A DNA stretch of 64,000 nucleotides, from the NCBI GenBank assembly GCA_012842045.1, contig DUTP01000003.1, forward strand, positions 2,532 to 66,531. Direction: 5' to 3'. The notes under the pieces are model-generated. The model ran no database searches and was not told the origin of the DNA. It saw only the letters and a program-made list of their open reading frames with translations. Source of the DNA: Candidatus Dojkabacteria bacterium. Lineage in GTDB: Bacteria; Patescibacteriota; Dojkabacteria; SC72. Positions 9,067-18,098 of this stretch are shown in pieces. Position 1 is the stretch's first letter. Every line of letters starts with the position of its first letter. Made by a program: the position numbers and the translations under genes.

Positions 9067-10077
9067 TTAAATCTTGTATATCAAGTACTCAGCTGTCTCT
9101 TGAAGAGGACCGTACATAATCATTCTGTACAGGTTACTATCCTGAAGGTTCAACATATAGTAACGAACGATACTTGATCCCATTATCTCTTGCTTAATAT
9201 ATACAATGTCTAATCCCTGTCCATATTCATATGTACCACCCTTAGGATTACTCATAGCTCCAACTACCTTAACAACAGATCCATAAGTTCCTCCTAATGT
9301 ATGCTTTGGATTCATTACATCTTTAAGAAGCATGTAGTTTGATGGAGGAGTAGTTTCAGATGTACTTACTTCCCAATCCTCGTTTGGACGTTTAGAATAT
9401 ATTGTATATCGTGTTGGATATGTAGCATCCTGAACATCTTTTAAGATATATTCTTCTCTTGGCTTCTCACATGTATATGCTCCATTTTCTTCTAATGTAG
9501 CAATTTTACAACTCTGTTGTTTTCTTTCAGCTATCAAACCTTGGAAAATGAATGTCTCATTTGTACCGTGATATGATCCAAATTTATCTATACTTATGAT
9601 ACTATTTTGCATCTTATACTCTCCAATATTTTCCATATTCCTTATTGCCTGATCAAAGAACTGAACGAATTCTTTAATCCTATCATCAGGAATCTTCTGG
9701 CTAGGTTGTAGAGGGAATTTAAACTCTTCATCTTGTGCTAGTACCCAGTTATATACTGGTTTTATATCAGATTGTTTTTTGGAAGTATCAGTGGCTTTTG
9801 TAGTAGTGGTAGATTCAGTTTTCTCTGTAGGTATCTCCAAATCTTTTGTATCACTTAAAACTATTTCTGGTTCAGGAGCTATATCAGAAGCATCTACAAA
9901 GTCCTTGAGCTCTACAGTAGCAGCGATTTGCTGTTCTTTCTCCTTCTTCTCTGTTGGCTCAGAGGTGAGATTAATCTGATTGTTTTTGTAGAGATAAACA
10001 AAGAGTCCAGAGACTCCGATAAGGAGGAATAGTAGAACAATACTTACTATTCTCCAAATGTTGGGTTTGTTTTCCAT
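9067..10077 (-). CDS. hypothetical membrane-anchored/secreted protein
   Basis: N-terminal signal-anchor IWRIVSIVLLFLLIGVSGLFVYLY, followed by a Thr/Lys-rich linker. Confidence 0.4.
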   Translation of the reverse strand: MENKPNIWRIVSIVLLFLLIGVSGLFVYLYKNNQINLTSEPTEKKEKEQQIAATVELKDFVDASDIAPEPEIVLSDTKDLEIPTEKTESTTTTKATDTSKKQSDIKPVYNWVLAQDEEFKFPLQPSQKIPDDRIKEFVQFFDQAIRNMENIGEYKMQNSIISIDKFGSYHGTNETFIFQGLIAERKQQSCKIATLEENGAYTCEKPREEYILKDVQDATYPTRYTIYSKRPNEDWEVSTSETTPPSNYMLLKDVMNPKHTLGGTYGSVVKVVGAMSNPKGGTYEYGQGLDIVYIKQEIMGSSIVRYYMLNLQDSNLYRMIMYGPLQETAEYLIYKI

Positions 10078-10221
10078 ATATTACTCTTTAAAATTATATT
10101 TATACTAACCATAGTATATTAGGTAATGTTGAAAGTCAATTAGTTATGTTAGATAAAAATTGGTGATATTTAATATAATCACTGTACTGCAAACTCGTTT
10201 GTTATAGGGTATAATCATAGT

Positions 10222-11460
10222 ATGAAAGGTGAATTTCTTGACAGTGAAAACAATGAAGTAGAGAAGAATGGTGAAGGCAGTAGATTATCTGTATCTCAAT
10301 TTGAGAGTCTCATACCTGTTTTCGATGAATGTAAAAAGTTTGACAGTGAATTAGAAGTTTTACAACACTTAAAGAAAAAGGAAGTAGAAGAACTTGATAT
10401 TGAAGAGGTTAGAGATAATGCAAGAGCTTCAATACGTGGGACACAAATACACCAATTACAATATTTCTATCAACTCTTCTCCAGAGTGGAGAAATTAGGA
10501 AGAAAAATTACACTGGAGGATTTTAGTAGGACATTTCCAAACAAAGATAATTTATTTAAAGATAATCTGTATTACAATGCCCTATATACCATCTATAATC
10601 TAGTAGATAACACAGAGGATCCGTTAGAATTTTGGGAAGCTTGGAGATTAAATGGACATGATTTTACCCTACCAGAAGGTATTACAGCGTTAATACCTCC
10701 AGAGGAGATTAAAGAGATGTGGGAGAGAAGTGCAGTTACAAAGGATGATATCGATAAATTTAGTCAAAATGTCTGGAAGATAGATAGGGAGAAACTAGAT
10801 CCAGATAAAGCCCTACTTGTTAATGAAGCAATGTTTGTAACGAATACCTATTTAAAAAATGGTAATCTACAAGTACCTACCATGGTAGATGAACTTGTTG
10901 TTCCAAAAGAATTTCCTAATAAACCAATACAGTTAATTGATTACAAAACAGGTAAACAATTTAAAGAACCTAGTGATATAGATAAGTTACAGATATTCTT
11001 AATGATGACCTCTGTTTTGACAAATATATATTTCAAGGTTGAAGATATACAATGGAATCAAAGTATGTGGGAGATAGCACATGATAGTTTAAGATTACCA
11101 TTTATTCCCCCAAGAAAATATTTCAATGCCATTGCTATTGGGAAGATTACAGAGGAAGATATTTTCATGGAGAGTGATTTCTTTAGGAAATTAATATTTT
11201 TTAAGTATGTAAATCCTCTCACTCAGGAAAGTATTGAGGTTAATGCAAAGGATTTAGGTATTCATAGGGATGAGGGTATAGGTGATTTTCTAGCATCTCT
11301 TGATGATTTGAACAAATTCTATACTAAATACAAAAAAATACTCAAACACAAGGTTGGAAGGAGTACATTAGTACAATATTGGATACCAGAGTTAGGATAT
11401 GATGGTTTTAAGAAGGGTAATATCTTAAAGGAACAGATGCAGGCTGGGTTGGGGTTTTAA
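10222..11460 (+). CDS. hypothetical protein
   Basis: 412-aa ORF with no recognised motif. Confidence 0.4.
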   Translation: MKGEFLDSENNEVEKNGEGSRLSVSQFESLIPVFDECKKFDSELEVLQHLKKKEVEELDIEEVRDNARASIRGTQIHQLQYFYQLFSRVEKLGRKITLEDFSRTFPNKDNLFKDNLYYNALYTIYNLVDNTEDPLEFWEAWRLNGHDFTLPEGITALIPPEEIKEMWERSAVTKDDIDKFSQNVWKIDREKLDPDKALLVNEAMFVTNTYLKNGNLQVPTMVDELVVPKEFPNKPIQLIDYKTGKQFKEPSDIDKLQIFLMMTSVLTNIYFKVEDIQWNQSMWEIAHDSLRLPFIPPRKYFNAIAIGKITEEDIFMESDFFRKLIFFKYVNPLTQESIEVNAKDLGIHRDEGIGDFLASLDDLNKFYTKYKKILKHKVGRSTLVQYWIPELGYDGFKKGNILKEQMQAGLGF

Positions 11461-11496
11461 TCTACTACCTTCGACATAGATGATATAATTAAATAT

Positions 11497-12438
11497 ATGA
11501 TTAAAGATAACTTCAAAACAGCATCAGGACATAATTGGTTATCTGGTGAAAAGGTTAATGTAGAAGAGATAAAGAGATTCTTCATCTCAAAGAAAGTAGA
11601 TGTAAAAGAAATTAATGAAACAGGTAGATTTCTAAATATTATTGGTAATCTTAATACTCAAAAAGTATTTATCAAAGTATCAACCTCAGAAGGATTAAAT
11701 GAAAAACTTCTCAATGAAATATCTTGGCATGATGAATTAAAAAGAGTAGGAATAGATTTTTATATTACACCTCTCTTAGAGAATGGATATATTGATAATA
11801 CGTTGGTATATGCAATATATGAGTTTGTAGAAGGTAATACTTTAGATTCAATGATAGAGAAGATAGATAGTAAGATATTAAAAGATCTAGCTAATATTAA
11901 TATCAGTATTGATAGTATTAAAGATATTAATCTTTTTAAGAATCAACAAGAGAGAGAACATGCAGAGAAAGCAATTACTTCAATTAAGGATAAAGCTGCT
12001 CACTACTTTAAAATAGCAGAGAATTTTGCAAAAGAGAGTGGTGAGGATTTAACAAAGTTACTTGATATTGTTAAGAACTATGAGAAGATGGATGAGATGG
12101 GTTTGAATCATAATGATTTTACTCCAAGGAATATATTGTATAGTGATGGTAAATTGATATTAACTGATGGAGAATCTGCTAGTACAACATCTCCTAGATT
12201 CTATGATGTTGCTATTATGTACACCAGACTCTATCTCACATACAGCAGACCTGATTTAGCTGAGGAGTATCTTAATGAATTTATTAAACTTCTTCCTAAA
12301 GATTATCTAGATACTTTTAACTTTGCTTTTAAGACAATGTTAGCTAGTAGAACGATAGGGGGTTTTTGGGAAGCTACAACAGGTGGTGCAGATTTAGAAT
12401 ATTGTAAGATGTTAATGGAAGAAATCTTGAGTATGTAA
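11497..12438 (+). CDS. protein-kinase-like phosphotransferase (APH/choline-kinase-like fold)
   Basis: Catalytic-loop-like LNHNDFTPRNILY (HxDxxxxN) and LTDGESA (DFG-like). Confidence 0.45.
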   Translation: MIKDNFKTASGHNWLSGEKVNVEEIKRFFISKKVDVKEINETGRFLNIIGNLNTQKVFIKVSTSEGLNEKLLNEISWHDELKRVGIDFYITPLLENGYIDNTLVYAIYEFVEGNTLDSMIEKIDSKILKDLANINISIDSIKDINLFKNQQEREHAEKAITSIKDKAAHYFKIAENFAKESGEDLTKLLDIVKNYEKMDEMGLNHNDFTPRNILYSDGKLILTDGESASTTSPRFYDVAIMYTRLYLTYSRPDLAEEYLNEFIKLLPKDYLDTFNFAFKTMLASRTIGGFWEATTGGADLEYCKMLMEEILSM

Positions 12439-12441
12439 TAT

Positions 12442-12975
12442 CTATTTCTTCTTCCTTAGGTATTCTTTGAAAAGGAGAATTGCAGATAGATTAACAGTAT
12501 CTTCTGGTTTAAGGTTCTCTAAATACTCATCATATGGTTTAAGTACAACCTCAATATCTTCAATTTTAGAACCTTCCTTAAATACACACCCTTCTATTAA
12601 TACTGCATATTTAGGACTTGATATATATGCACCATCAAAAATTTTACCAAGTAATGTAGCTTTCTTTCCTACATATCCTGTTTCTTCAGTAAGTTCTCTC
12701 ATTGCACAATCTACTGCGTCTTCATCATTACTATCTAACCCTCCACCAGGGATATCTAAGAACTCTTTCATTGGACCTGGTCTAAACTCTCTTACAAGAA
12801 TAATCTGGTTGTCTTCTGTTAGTGCAATTATTGACGAAGAGCCATATATACTTCCACTAGTTTCATATTCCCATTGTTTACCATTCTTATCTACAAAAGT
12901 TCTTAGGATGACTTTTCTGTAGTTTTTGTATTTTACTTCTTCTTTTATTAATTTCATTGTTATGCTATCTCCCAA
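12442..12975 (-). CDS. Nudix hydrolase
   Basis: Nudix box GGGLDSNDEDAVDCAMRELTEETGY (Gx5Ex7REUxEExGU). Confidence 0.75.
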   Translation of the reverse strand: MGDSITMKLIKEEVKYKNYRKVILRTFVDKNGKQWEYETSGSIYGSSSIIALTEDNQIILVREFRPGPMKEFLDIPGGGLDSNDEDAVDCAMRELTEETGYVGKKATLLGKIFDGAYISSPKYAVLIEGCVFKEGSKIEDIEVVLKPYDEYLENLKPEDTVNLSAILLFKEYLRKKK

Positions 12976-13223
12976 TGAGATAATTTCTTATCTCTAAGTA
13001 CAATTAAAAATTGTTTATCAACATACTTCTCTTTTGTTTTATCATAATGATGAGCAAATACTTCATCTTCTGTTAATTCAGAAAGATGTCTTTTTGATAA
13101 ATCTTTATACTCTATACTAGCTCTTCCTAAGTAATATTGATTTTCCCAAAGAGCAATGAACCAATGATCTGTTTCAAAGAGAATTATTTGATTAGGGTAT
13201 GTGGGGTGTGTTTTGTAATTCAT
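12960..13223 (-). CDS. hypothetical protein (overlaps downstream Nudix gene by 16 nt)
   Basis: 87-aa ORF in an operon-like overlap with the flanking genes. Confidence 0.3.
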   Translation of the reverse strand: MNYKTHPTYPNQIILFETDHWFIALWENQYYLGRASIEYKDLSKRHLSELTEDEVFAHHYDKTKEKYVDKQFLIVLRDKKLSHWEIA

Positions 13224-14023
13224 AGTTCCTTCTTAAATATAATAACCCCTTCCTCTTCTTTCAAAACACCTCCCTTATCCTCTATGTACTCTAATATTTC
13301 ATTCTGTATATCTATTGGTATAGAAATCCAATCAATATTTAAATAAAACTCTACTAATGCTATTACTTCATCAAAGTTTTCTTCATATGGGAATCTAAGT
13401 TCTGATTCATTAAGTATTAATTCTGTATTACCTGATTGTTCTTTTAATATACCCAAAGCTTTGTTATAACTTCTTGGCTTCCAATCTTCAGGATATCTAC
13501 TAGGAACTAACATACTCTTAAATCTTTTCTTGAAATCTGTTACTTCATCTATACCTCTCTCTATCCATATTAAAGTACCTGAATCTTCTAAGAGTGAGAT
13601 AAGTTGTGATAGGAATATTGAATATTCATCTTCAGGAAAATGATATAGGTGTGATGCAAGAATAATATCAAATTTATTTTTGTTCTCTGCATGAAAATCT
13701 TCAAAAGTTTCATTTATAGCCTTACAATTACTGTATTGTTGTATATTTGTCTTTAGTGTTTTGAATAGATCCTTTGCTGGTTCTAAGAATGTAATTTCAA
13801 AATTATTTTCTTCAGGAAGAGATTGTAGAAGATATGATCCATCTCCAGAACCCACATCTAGAATTCTGTTCTGATTGTTCTTAAATCTAGAGAGTATTTT
13901 TTGAAGTTGTATCGTTGATGTATCTTTTTGAGTTGAGTATTTAAGATATATTTCATAGGGGATTAGTGTATTAGCTTTCTGTGTATATTGATGGTTAAGA
14001 GTAGATAGTTGTGGTTTCTTCAT
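13220..14023 (-). CDS. class I SAM-dependent methyltransferase
   Basis: Motif I ILDVGSGDGSY. 4-nt overlap with the downstream gene. Confidence 0.65.
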   Translation of the reverse strand: MKKPQLSTLNHQYTQKANTLIPYEIYLKYSTQKDTSTIQLQKILSRFKNNQNRILDVGSGDGSYLLQSLPEENNFEITFLEPAKDLFKTLKTNIQQYSNCKAINETFEDFHAENKNKFDIILASHLYHFPEDEYSIFLSQLISLLEDSGTLIWIERGIDEVTDFKKRFKSMLVPSRYPEDWKPRSYNKALGILKEQSGNTELILNESELRFPYEENFDEVIALVEFYLNIDWISIPIDIQNEILEYIEDKGGVLKEEEGVIIFKKEL

Positions 14024-14129
14024 TACATTGTAATGGTATAGGAAATTAGCTTAGATAGCAATTCTTTTTTGAGATATGTTGAAAATGTTGGTACATATAC
14101 GTTTTAGAAACAAAATGATATAATTACCT

Positions 14130-14780
14130 ATGGATAAGAGAGAAATAGCAATACTAAGCTATGAACATGATGCTTCTAGGGAGCCATATAGTTTAGAAGC
14201 ATTAGGAGAGGATTTTGAAATAGATGTCCCTCCTGAGAATGTTCTGATGGCTCTATCAGCACATCATGAAGCTCGGAAATTAATAGAGGAGGGTATAGGA
14301 GCATCAATTCTAACTGTTGGTGGGGCTGCAGCTTCAAATAAAAGAATAGTTGAAAGAATTAATGACATTACTCATTGTGAAGTTCCAGTTGAAGCAGATG
14401 ATTCTTCATACAGTCTTGCTTCAAATATAGAATCTCTTAAAGAGTACAAAAACCCATTTATTATAATATGCCAAAAGTTTGCTAAGTTAAGAACATATAT
14501 TCATAGTAAATATCATCTCGGGGGAGGTAATTTTGAAGTAAAGGATTGGGAAACATACTTAGAGAATCATCAGATGAGTAATTTTGAAAATAATCTAGTG
14601 GAGGAATTGAGTCAAATAAAACACATACCTTTACAAAGAAAACTAGTGGAAGGTATTCTTACTGTTTTAGCATACTTAGATCCAAAAGATGGTTTTACTT
14701 CAACTGTTGCTTTACTGAGGCAAAAATACAGAGAGCAAAATCCTAAAGATAACTTTTTTAACAAAATAGGTCTTAGTTAG
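14130..14780 (+). CDS. hypothetical protein
   Basis: 216-aa ORF. Confidence 0.35.
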   Translation: MDKREIAILSYEHDASREPYSLEALGEDFEIDVPPENVLMALSAHHEARKLIEEGIGASILTVGGAAASNKRIVERINDITHCEVPVEADDSSYSLASNIESLKEYKNPFIIICQKFAKLRTYIHSKYHLGGGNFEVKDWETYLENHQMSNFENNLVEELSQIKHIPLQRKLVEGILTVLAYLDPKDGFTSTVALLRQKYREQNPKDNFFNKIGLS

Positions 14781-14787
14781 AGAGACA

Positions 14788-14861
14788 CGGAATGGACGGG
14801 GGTCGAACCCGCAACCTTCGCAGTGACAGTGCGATGCTCTAACCAATTGAGCTACCACTCC
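14788..14861 (-). tRNA. tRNA-Asp (anticodon GTC)
   Basis: Reverse complement GGAGTGGTAGCTCAATTGGTTAGAGCATCGCACTGTCACTGCGAAGGTTGCGGGTTCGACCCCCGTCCATTCCG folds as a cloverleaf. Anticodon loop CTGTCAC. CCA not encoded. Confidence 0.85.
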
Positions 14862-14905
14862 ATATAGGTAGTAGAGAGTATATCAAAAGTGCTAGATAAT
14901 AACAA

Positions 14906-15526
14906 TTAGTTTGTATCATCAGACTCCATATAATCTTTCACAGGATCGACATCTTCATGTTTGATATTTCTATCACCAATTCTTCGTTTTGCATCTCTCA
15001 ATGCATCATAATTACGACTACCCATACCATCAGGCATGTAGTAGAAATTAAAGTTTTCTTCTTCTAAGCAAACAGGAACTATCATTTCGGATACAGAAAC
15101 CTTATTTGGATCTCCTTCTTTTCCATCAATTAATTTCTGAACTTTCTGAACGGTTCCTTCAAACACATTGTATATATTATTTAGATCTTCCATTTGCATG
15201 GATTGAAGCAGAAGTTCACGACGCATCTGTTCAAACTGTTTGTCAGTTTCACTCTTATGCTTTGTACGTGGCTTTAACAAGAGGAATAGGTGTTTACTCT
15301 CCTCATCGCTACTGCCTATCATAATGCAATATTCAGGATTTGTCTGTTTCTCCAACCATATTCTCTTGTTATCATCTAGAGGTATTTCTACCATGGCTTC
15401 ATTAAAGTTGTTCTCTATCCTTTGAGTTTCTGCCTCATACTTCCTTTGTTTCTCTACTGGTGAAGGTGGTGGAGGGAAAAGTGGAGCATAATCAGGGTCA
15501 TTATCATTTAATCTCTCTTCTATCAT
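14906..15526 (-). CDS. hypothetical protein
   Basis: 206-aa ORF. Confidence 0.35.
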   Translation of the reverse strand: MIEERLNDNDPDYAPLFPPPPSPVEKQRKYEAETQRIENNFNEAMVEIPLDDNKRIWLEKQTNPEYCIMIGSSDEESKHLFLLLKPRTKHKSETDKQFEQMRRELLLQSMQMEDLNNIYNVFEGTVQKVQKLIDGKEGDPNKVSVSEMIVPVCLEEENFNFYYMPDGMGSRNYDALRDAKRRIGDRNIKHEDVDPVKDYMESDDTN

Positions 15527-15547
15527 TATTATTAAAAATAAATTTAA

Positions 15548-15868
15548 TTAAATATGTTTTTGTATAGCTGCTCTATAAGATTCTTTTGCTTGAGCACCAA
15601 TTAATGTTTCTACTATTTCACCATTCTTAAAGATATGTATGCATGGAATACTCATAATTTCATACTCTTGTGCTAGCTCGCCCTGTTCATCAACATTAAC
15701 CTTACAAATCTTAACACCATCAAATTCACCAACTAAATCATCGATAATAGGACCAAGCATCTGACAAGGACCACACCAAGGAGCCCAGAAATCAACTAAT
15801 GCAACTCCCTCAAAATCTTTTACTTCTTTTTGAAATGTATCTTGTGTTAAATGTAATACTTCTTTCAT
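15548..15868 (-). CDS. trxA: thioredoxin
   Basis: Active-site WAPWCGPC. 106 aa. Confidence 0.9.
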   Translation of the reverse strand: MKEVLHLTQDTFQKEVKDFEGVALVDFWAPWCGPCQMLGPIIDDLVGEFDGVKICKVNVDEQGELAQEYEIMSIPCIHIFKNGEIVETLIGAQAKESYRAAIQKHI

Positions 15869-15946
15869 ATATTAAATTTCTAACAATTTAAAAAGACTGG
15901 GAATATAGGCTTTTTACGATATTCCTAGTATAATATACATTATACC

Positions 15947-17035
15947 ATGAATAGAATTGATATAAAAAATAAAAAGGAAGAAGCAATTAAAAAAGCCATT
16001 GAAGTTTTAAAAAATGGTGGTTTAATTGTATATCCAACAGAGACATGTTATGGATTAGGTGGTGATGCAACAAACCCAGAAGCTCTTAAGAAGATTATGC
16101 AGTACAAAAAGCTCAGGGGTTCTAAACCAATATCAATTGCAGTATCAGATAAAGAGATGGCTGAAGAATACGTAGAGCTTAATGAAATGGCTGAGAATCT
16201 TTACAAAAACTATCTACCAGGACCAATTACAGTAGTATCAATGAGTAAAGGTAATCTTGTTCCACCAGTAGTATCCCAACAAGGAGCAGTAGGTATTAGA
16301 TATCCAGACTATAACTTCACTCTAGAATTGATTAAAAAGTTTGGTAAACCAATTACTGCAACATCAGCAAATATGTCATATAGATCAGCACCGTACAGTA
16401 TTGACCAATTGATTAAAGATTTACCTAAGAAAAGTTTAGATTTAATAGATCTCTTTTTAGATGCAGGTGAGTTGCCTAAGAATCAACCATCTACTGTTCT
16501 AGACACTACATTGAACGAGCTTTCGGTATTAAGACAGGGGAAGATAGAGTTTGAGGATGCATTGGTTAAGAACAAGAAGATTTTGGAAGTAGAGACAAAG
16601 AGTGAGGAAGAGACAATTAAGTTTGCTAAAGATTTTGCAGATAAGTATCTTTCTTCAGATATTCCTACTGTTGTTGCACTAAGTGGAGAACTTGGGGCTG
16701 GTAAGACACAGTTTGCTAAGGGTGTTGGAGAGTCTCTTGGTGTTAATGAGATTGTAAATTCTCCAACATATACATTAATCAATGAGTATGGGTATGTGAG
16801 AGGTGGTAAGAAGAGAGTTTTTGCCCATATGGATACTTGGAGGTTAGAGGAGGGTGAGTTAGAGAAGTCTGGATTGATAGAGCATTTGGAGAATGGTGAT
16901 ATTGTGCTGATAGAGTGGGCGGATAAGTTTTTTCAAGAGATTTCTGCTTTGTGTGATAATATGGGTATAAGGATGTTTAAGGTTGTAATTAAATATATCT
17001 CTTTGGAGGAAAGGAGTATTGAGGTATATGAGTAA
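15947..17035 (+). CDS. fusion of threonylcarbamoyl-AMP synthase (TsaC/YrdC/Sua5 domain) and TsaE (YjeE P-loop ATPase)
   Basis: N-terminal KNGGLIVYPTETCYGLG (YrdC). C-terminal VVALSGELGAGKTQFAKG (TsaE Walker A). 362 aa. Confidence 0.7.
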   Translation: MNRIDIKNKKEEAIKKAIEVLKNGGLIVYPTETCYGLGGDATNPEALKKIMQYKKLRGSKPISIAVSDKEMAEEYVELNEMAENLYKNYLPGPITVVSMSKGNLVPPVVSQQGAVGIRYPDYNFTLELIKKFGKPITATSANMSYRSAPYSIDQLIKDLPKKSLDLIDLFLDAGELPKNQPSTVLDTTLNELSVLRQGKIEFEDALVKNKKILEVETKSEEETIKFAKDFADKYLSSDIPTVVALSGELGAGKTQFAKGVGESLGVNEIVNSPTYTLINEYGYVRGGKKRVFAHMDTWRLEEGELEKSGLIEHLENGDIVLIEWADKFFQEISALCDNMGIRMFKVVIKYISLEERSIEVYE

Positions 17036-18092
17036 AGATCCATTGATAATTGCATTTGATACTAGTTGTGATGATACTTCAGTGGCTGTTTTGAGAGGTC
17101 GTAGGGTACTTAGTTCTGTTGTTTCTTCCCAAGTAGAGATTCATGCTCAGTGGGGTGGTGTTGTGCCTGATATTGCTCGTAGGGAGCATGAGAAGAATAT
17201 ACCTTTGGTATATGAAGAAGCATTAAGGAAAGCTAAGGTTAGTATTGAGGATGTAGAGTATGTTGCTTGTACATATGGTCCAGGTTTAGCTATTGATTTA
17301 GAGGTTGGTTTAAAATTTGCACAGGATTTAGCAATTAAGTACAAAAAGCCATTTGTTCCAGTTAATCATATGGAAGGACATCTTCTTTCTGGTTTACTTT
17401 TGAATTCTAATGGTAATGGTTTAGTAAGGAGTAATGTTGAGTCTCTGTTTCCTGCTTTAGGTTTACTGATTTCAGGAAAGCATACTGAGTTGATATATGT
17501 TGAGAAGATTGGGAAATATGTGAAGTTAGGTGAGACATTGGATGATGCTGTTGGTGAGGCGTTTGATAAGGTGGGGAGGATGCTTAATTTTGGTTATCCA
17601 GGTGGTCCTACTCTTACAGAGTTTGCTAAGAAGGGAAAGAGAGGTAAGATTACTTTTACAATCCCTATGAAGCACTCTAACGATCTTAATTTTAGCTATT
17701 CTGGTGTGAAGACGGCTGCTTTGTACAAGACTAAGGAGTTGAGAGAGGAGTATGAGAGGGATAGTGAATGGGTGTATGATTTTTGTAGAGGTTTTCTTGA
17801 TATGATTATTGAATCTTTGGTTATTAAGCTAACAAAGGCTATTGAGAAGTATCCAGAGGTAAAAGGTTTGTTTGTAGGTGGAGGTGTGTTTAATAGTGAG
17901 GAGATATTAAGGAAGGTAGGTCAGGTTGCTAGAAAGAATGGTTTTAAATATGTATATCCTGAGAAGGAGTTTAGGGGTGATAATGCAGGTATGGTAGGTA
18001 TTGCTGCTTACTATGCTATTCTAAACAAGAAAGTCTTGGAGACTCCATCTAAGATTTTGAGTATAGATAGAGAACCAAGACTTTCTCTTTAG
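17019..18092 (+). CDS. tsaD: tRNA N6-adenosine threonylcarbamoyltransferase TsaD (Kae1/Qri7 family)
   Basis: IIAFDTSCDDTSVAVL, HMEGHLLS metal-binding motif, GGVFNS. Overlaps the tsaC-tsaE stop by 17 nt. Confidence 0.85.
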   Translation: MRYMSKDPLIIAFDTSCDDTSVAVLRGRRVLSSVVSSQVEIHAQWGGVVPDIARREHEKNIPLVYEEALRKAKVSIEDVEYVACTYGPGLAIDLEVGLKFAQDLAIKYKKPFVPVNHMEGHLLSGLLLNSNGNGLVRSNVESLFPALGLLISGKHTELIYVEKIGKYVKLGETLDDAVGEAFDKVGRMLNFGYPGGPTLTEFAKKGKRGKITFTIPMKHSNDLNFSYSGVKTAALYKTKELREEYERDSEWVYDFCRGFLDMIIESLVIKLTKAIEKYPEVKGLFVGGGVFNSEEILRKVGQVARKNGFKYVYPEKEFRGDNAGMVGIAAYYAILNKKVLETPSKILSIDREPRLSL

Positions 18093-18098
18093 ATTCTT

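Noticed and set aside
12442-13223. Nudix gene and upstream 87-aa ORF as one frameshifted gene or pseudogene
   Set aside because: Overlap is 16 nt in different frames with both ORFs intact. The Nudix domain is complete on its own, so they are treated as overlapping genes.
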